Shown here in pieces: positions 60,410 to 63,678 of a stretch of 63,678 nucleotides of DNA. The notes beneath the pieces are model-generated. The model did not search any database. It saw only the letters and a list, made by a program, of their open reading frames with translations, and had not been told where the DNA came from. Location: NCBI GenBank assembly GCA_041694815.1, contig JBGFSC010000028.1, positions 1-63,678 on the forward strand, in the 5' to 3' direction. The position numbers were made by a program, and so were the translations under genes. How positions within the stretch are numbered: position 1 is the first letter of the stretch; each line of letters begins with the position of its first letter. Source of the DNA: Elusimicrobiota bacterium. GTDB lineage: Bacteria; Elusimicrobiota; Elusimicrobia; UBA1565; JACRDR01.

Positions 60410-61096
60410 ATGTACAATGAGGCCGTGCTGAGCTTCATGCTCGCGGCGGCGCTTGTTTCGCCCGCCTCCGCGGCTTTTTCCGTCGAGAAGGACACCGCGC
60501 CCTTGACGACGCTGGCGGCGGTCAGTGCCAGGCTGGAGGCCATCGAGTCCGGGCTCAAGGGCCTCTCGGCGGATTTCAAGCAGTCCGTCCTATTCTCGGC
60601 CTCGGAAACCGCGCAGGAGATCGAGGGCAGCCTGCAATATTCCAAGCCCGATCGCCTACGCGTGGAGCACCACAAGCCCGAAAGGCAGACCATCGTGTCG
60701 GACGGCAAGTCGATCTGGGTGCATCGGAAAAGCCAGAACCAGGTGATCGAGGCCTCGCTCAAGGAATGGAAGGCCTCCGATCCCCTGCTCGCGAGCCTGC
60801 TTGATTTCGGCTCCTACTCGTCTTGGCTGAAGAAATATGATGTCTCCTTCTCCTCCGCCCCCCTGGAATTACTCCTGCTTCCCAAGACGGGTCCTTCGGA
60901 GTTCAACTTGCGCCTGCGCCTCAACCGCTGGGGATTTCCGGTCGAGACCGAGCTCGCCGTCTCGCAGATGAAAGTTCGTACCGTCCTGGAAAACCTAAAA
61001 ATCAACCCCGATATCCGGGACTCGGCCTTCGCCTTCGCGCCGCCGGCGGGCGCGGACGTGTTCCGCAACTTCAAACCGCCCCGATTAAATCCATGA
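60410..61096 (+). CDS. lolA: Outer-membrane lipoprotein carrier LolA (start may be GTG at 60425)
   Basis: Signal peptide, LSADFKQ, KPDRLRVE, IVSDGKSIW, FAFAPPAG. Confidence 0.85.
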   Translation: MYNEAVLSFMLAAALVSPASAAFSVEKDTAPLTTLAAVSARLEAIESGLKGLSADFKQSVLFSASETAQEIEGSLQYSKPDRLRVEHHKPERQTIVSDGKSIWVHRKSQNQVIEASLKEWKASDPLLASLLDFGSYSSWLKKYDVSFSSAPLELLLLPKTGPSEFNLRLRLNRWGFPVETELAVSQMKVRTVLENLKINPDIRDSAFAFAPPAGADVFRNFKPPRLNP

Positions 61097-61830
61097 ACGA
61101 AACGACCCCCGCTTCCAACGGCACTCCCGATATCGGCTCGCTCCTGCGGCAGGCCCGCACCCGCCGGGGCCAGAGCCTGGAGGCCGTGCAGCAGCAGACC
61201 CGAATCCCGAAGAAGTTATTGGACGCCCTGGAGTCCAACCGCTTCGACGAGTTCCCAGCGACGGTGTACCTGCGCGGCTTTCTCAAGAACTACTGCGACC
61301 ATCTCGACGTCGAATTCGACCCGCTCTGGGCACAGATCGACCCCAACAAGGCCAAGGCCGCTGCCCAGCCCGAGGCGGCGACCGCGAAAACCGAGAAACC
61401 GGAAGCCCACGCCGAGCCCCCGGAACCGGAGGGCCCCTGGCTGGTCCAGTCGAGCCTGTTCCCGTTCCTGCTGGGAGGCCTGCTGCTGGTGGGTGCGCTC
61501 GCCGTATGGCAGCTCGGCCGTAGGCCGTCCTCCCCGGCGGCGCCCGTCCATCAATTGCCCAGCGCCCTGGCCCCGGTCGAGGCGCCCAAGGAGATGACGC
61601 TCAAAATCTCGGTCAAGAACGACACCTGGTTGCAATTGAGCGCCGACGGAGTGCTCCGCTTCCAGGGACGCGCCCCCGCGGGCCTTTCGCAGGAGTGGAA
61701 GGCGTCGGATTTCTTCCTTCTGCGGACCAAGGACCCCGCCGGGCTGGGCGTGGAGCTCGACGGCAAACCCGTTGTTTTCGAACAGACGCCCAAGACCTCC
61801 TCAGGAGATTACCGCATCGTGAGACCATAG
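61093..61830 (+). CDS. rodZ: RodZ-like HTH-TM-DUF4115 protein
   Basis: IGSLLRQAR..YLRGFLKNY, central TM, TWLQLSADG; lolA-rodZ-pgsA synteny. Confidence 0.85.
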   Translation: MNETTPASNGTPDIGSLLRQARTRRGQSLEAVQQQTRIPKKLLDALESNRFDEFPATVYLRGFLKNYCDHLDVEFDPLWAQIDPNKAKAAAQPEAATAKTEKPEAHAEPPEPEGPWLVQSSLFPFLLGGLLLVGALAVWQLGRRPSSPAAPVHQLPSALAPVEAPKEMTLKISVKNDTWLQLSADGVLRFQGRAPAGLSQEWKASDFFLLRTKDPAGLGVELDGKPVVFEQTPKTSSGDYRIVRP

Positions 61831-61834
61831 GCTC

Positions 61835-62422
61835 ATGATGACTCTGCCCAACAAGCTCACGTTGGCCCGGGGCGTCATGGCCTTACTGACCTTCGCCTCC
61901 CTCTGGACCCTACACCCGGCTGGATACGCCGCCGCCTTCGCCCTCTACATCGGGGCGACCGTCACCGACTGGATCGACGGTTACATCGCCAGGAACACGA
62001 ACGCGAAGAGCTCCTTCGGCGCCCTCGCCGATCCCATCGCCGACAAGGTGCTGGTGCTCGGCACCCTCATCGCCTGCATGCGCATCCGCTGGCTGCAGAT
62101 CCCGGGCTGGGCCATCTTCCTCATGGTTGTACGCGAGCTGGTGATCGGCGGGCTGCGCAGCCTGGCGGCGGTGCAGGGGAAGCTGCTCGCCTCGGCGAGA
62201 TCCGGCAAGCTCACGATGGGCTTTCAATGCGGCTTCATGATCACGATCTTGCTGCTCTTGGTGCTGCGCGACACCTTGGGGCTACCCCTGCCGGCCTGGA
62301 TGCTGGGGGTTCCTTACGTCCTGACCATTTTGAGCATGATCGCTTCCTGGTTGAGCGGCGTCGCCTACCTGCGCAACAACCGCCGCCTGCTCGAAAGCTC
62401 CTGGGGAGAATCCCCGCCTTGA
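61835..62422 (+). CDS. pgsA: CDP-diacylglycerol--glycerol-3-phosphate 3-phosphatidyltransferase
   Basis: LPNKLTLAR, TDWIDGYIAR..FGALADPIADK. Confidence 0.92.
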   Translation: MMTLPNKLTLARGVMALLTFASLWTLHPAGYAAAFALYIGATVTDWIDGYIARNTNAKSSFGALADPIADKVLVLGTLIACMRIRWLQIPGWAIFLMVVRELVIGGLRSLAAVQGKLLASARSGKLTMGFQCGFMITILLLLVLRDTLGLPLPAWMLGVPYVLTILSMIASWLSGVAYLRNNRRLLESSWGESPP

Positions 62423-62919
62423 GAAAAGCAGGCCTTTTGATTGCCACCTGCTTTTATTTAAGCTATATTCCAGCGACATTTTCCCAGCGGCTCCTTCCCC
62501 GCCGCGCCGGGCGTTGGACCGGAGCTGGATTTTTGGGAAGCCTGCTCGGCTGGGCCTCGCTGTACGCCCTGCCCGAGACCTTACCGGCCTTCGCTGCGGT
62601 TTTGGGCGTGTGCCTGTGGGTGGCCTGTTGGAGCAGCACGCATGCCGAACTCGCGTTGGGAGTTCACGACGACCCGAGGATCATCATCGACGAGGTTCTA
62701 GGCTATTGGGTTTCCGTCGCGCTGCTTCCCCGATCGGCGGCCGTGCTCGCGGCCGGCTTAGTTCTCTTCCGCCTCCTCGATTCCGTGAAACTCCCTCCCT
62801 ACCGCTGGCTCGAGCGGTTGCCCGGCGGCTACGGGGTGGTATTCGACGATGTCGGGGCCGGGGTCGCGGCCAATCTCCTGCTGCACGCGGGGTTGCATTT
62901 TGGGTTCCTGGCGGCATGA
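62419..62919 (+). CDS. pgpA: Phosphatidylglycerophosphatase A
   Basis: HDDPRIIIDEVLG, FRLLDSVK, GGYGVVFDDVGAG; TTG start inferred. Confidence 0.88.
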   Translation: MRKAGLLIATCFYLSYIPATFSQRLLPRRAGRWTGAGFLGSLLGWASLYALPETLPAFAAVLGVCLWVACWSSTHAELALGVHDDPRIIIDEVLGYWVSVALLPRSAAVLAAGLVLFRLLDSVKLPPYRWLERLPGGYGVVFDDVGAGVAANLLLHAGLHFGFLAA

Positions 62920-63678
62920 CGGCGCTCGCCCTTCTCCTGGTGGCCGCGCCGGCTGCGGCGCAATTCACGGGAACGGTCAGCACCGCTCCCCCGGTTCTGG
63001 TCGCGCCGACCGCTGCCGGCTTCGGCGCCCGCCTTCCCGCCGACAACGGGCCCTGGGTGATCGGCGACGTGCGTTTCGAGGGCAGCCGCACCATCAGCGA
63101 ATATTCGCTCAAGTCGAAGGTCCGGGTACGGCGGGGCAGCCTGTATACACCGAACGACATCGCCGGCGACGTCTCCGCCCTCCTGGCGATGGGCATTTTC
63201 ACCTCCGTCGACTCCGCCCTTTTCGCCATGGACGAACCGGTCCCCAGCCAGTACAGCGGCATCTCCATCTCCAGTTCCATGGTGCGCCTGGTTTTCTTCG
63301 TCCAAGAAGGGGTCGGGTCTTCCCCGGTCGCCTCGACCGCCCCGGCCCAGGCCAAACCGCTAGGCCCGCCGATCCCGGTCAGCGGCGTCGTCTTCACGCC
63401 GACGGCCTACCGGGGGCTTGGGCGGCATAATCGTCCCGGCTTGGGCCTCGATTTCAACGCCATCTACTTCATCGGCCGCCTCTACGGCAAGAACTCGCTC
63501 AGCTACACCACGCGCAAGACCGAATTCCTCGACCGCCTCGGCGTGTGGTTCTTGAGCATCGACGGCAAGATGCAGATCCAATCGGAAGGGAAGTTCCGGC
63601 CGGCGATGGCCGTGGGCGCGCAGGGCATCTTCACTTTCCGCGACGCGCCGCAACCGTCGATTACCACCCCCAACGTCA
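62916..63678 (+). CDS. Secreted POTRA-domain / outer-membrane protein, 3'-partial
   Basis: Own translation (no stop in window, so absent from the ORF track): MTALALLLVAAPAAAQ signal, IGDVRFEGSRTIS..GDVSALLAMGIFTSV POTRA pattern. Confidence 0.7.
   Translation, partial: MTALALLLVAAPAAAQFTGTVSTAPPVLVAPTAAGFGARLPADNGPWVIGDVRFEGSRTISEYSLKSKVRVRRGSLYTPNDIAGDVSALLAMGIFTSVDSALFAMDEPVPSQYSGISISSSMVRLVFFVQEGVGSSPVASTAPAQAKPLGPPIPVSGVVFTPTAYRGLGRHNRPGLGLDFNAIYFIGRLYGKNSLSYTTRKTEFLDRLGVWFLSIDGKMQIQSEGKFRPAMAVGAQGIFTFRDAPQPSITTPNV

Overview
High-GC bacterial chromosomal window made mostly of core housekeeping genes. A diderm is indicated by lolA, a POTRA protein and an outer-membrane beta-barrel; the protein style suggests Elusimicrobiota, but that is inference only. 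In order: jag-mnmE-MFS-mnmG-rsmG; a putative lipid-modification cluster (HpnI/GT21-like glycosyltransferase, two half-EamA flippases, epimerase, DegT aminotransferase, ferritin-like protein, LpxQ-like barrel); a dcw cluster mraZ..murG with a clear sigma70 promoter and MraZ boxes; surE, crp, hisS, aspS; two AT-richer secreted proteins sharing a Cys-rich domain; tRNA-Ala(CGC); thpR, mltG, two response regulators, an ICM-type acyl-CoA mutase, tyrS; an 899-aa coiled-coil protein; priA, UDG, split coaC/coaB, rpoZ-like, gmk, cinA; a tandem pair of paralogous unknown membrane proteins; rpsO-pnp-accB-ftsK; a wbqC-methyltransferase-3x PIG-L operon; lolA-rodZ-pgsA-pgpA-POTRA. No CRISPR, integrase or transposase was seen. 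The most unusual signals are (1) five copies plus one remnant of an 80-119 bp palindromic intergenic element with 14-bp ends and variable 9-bp periodic arms, (2) the triple PIG-L operon, (3) the hybrid hopanoid/Arn/LpxQ-like cluster, (4) a small ORF with structured RNA splitting rsmH from ftsL, and (5) widespread leaderless promoter architecture. All family assignments come from motif recognition, not database searches.
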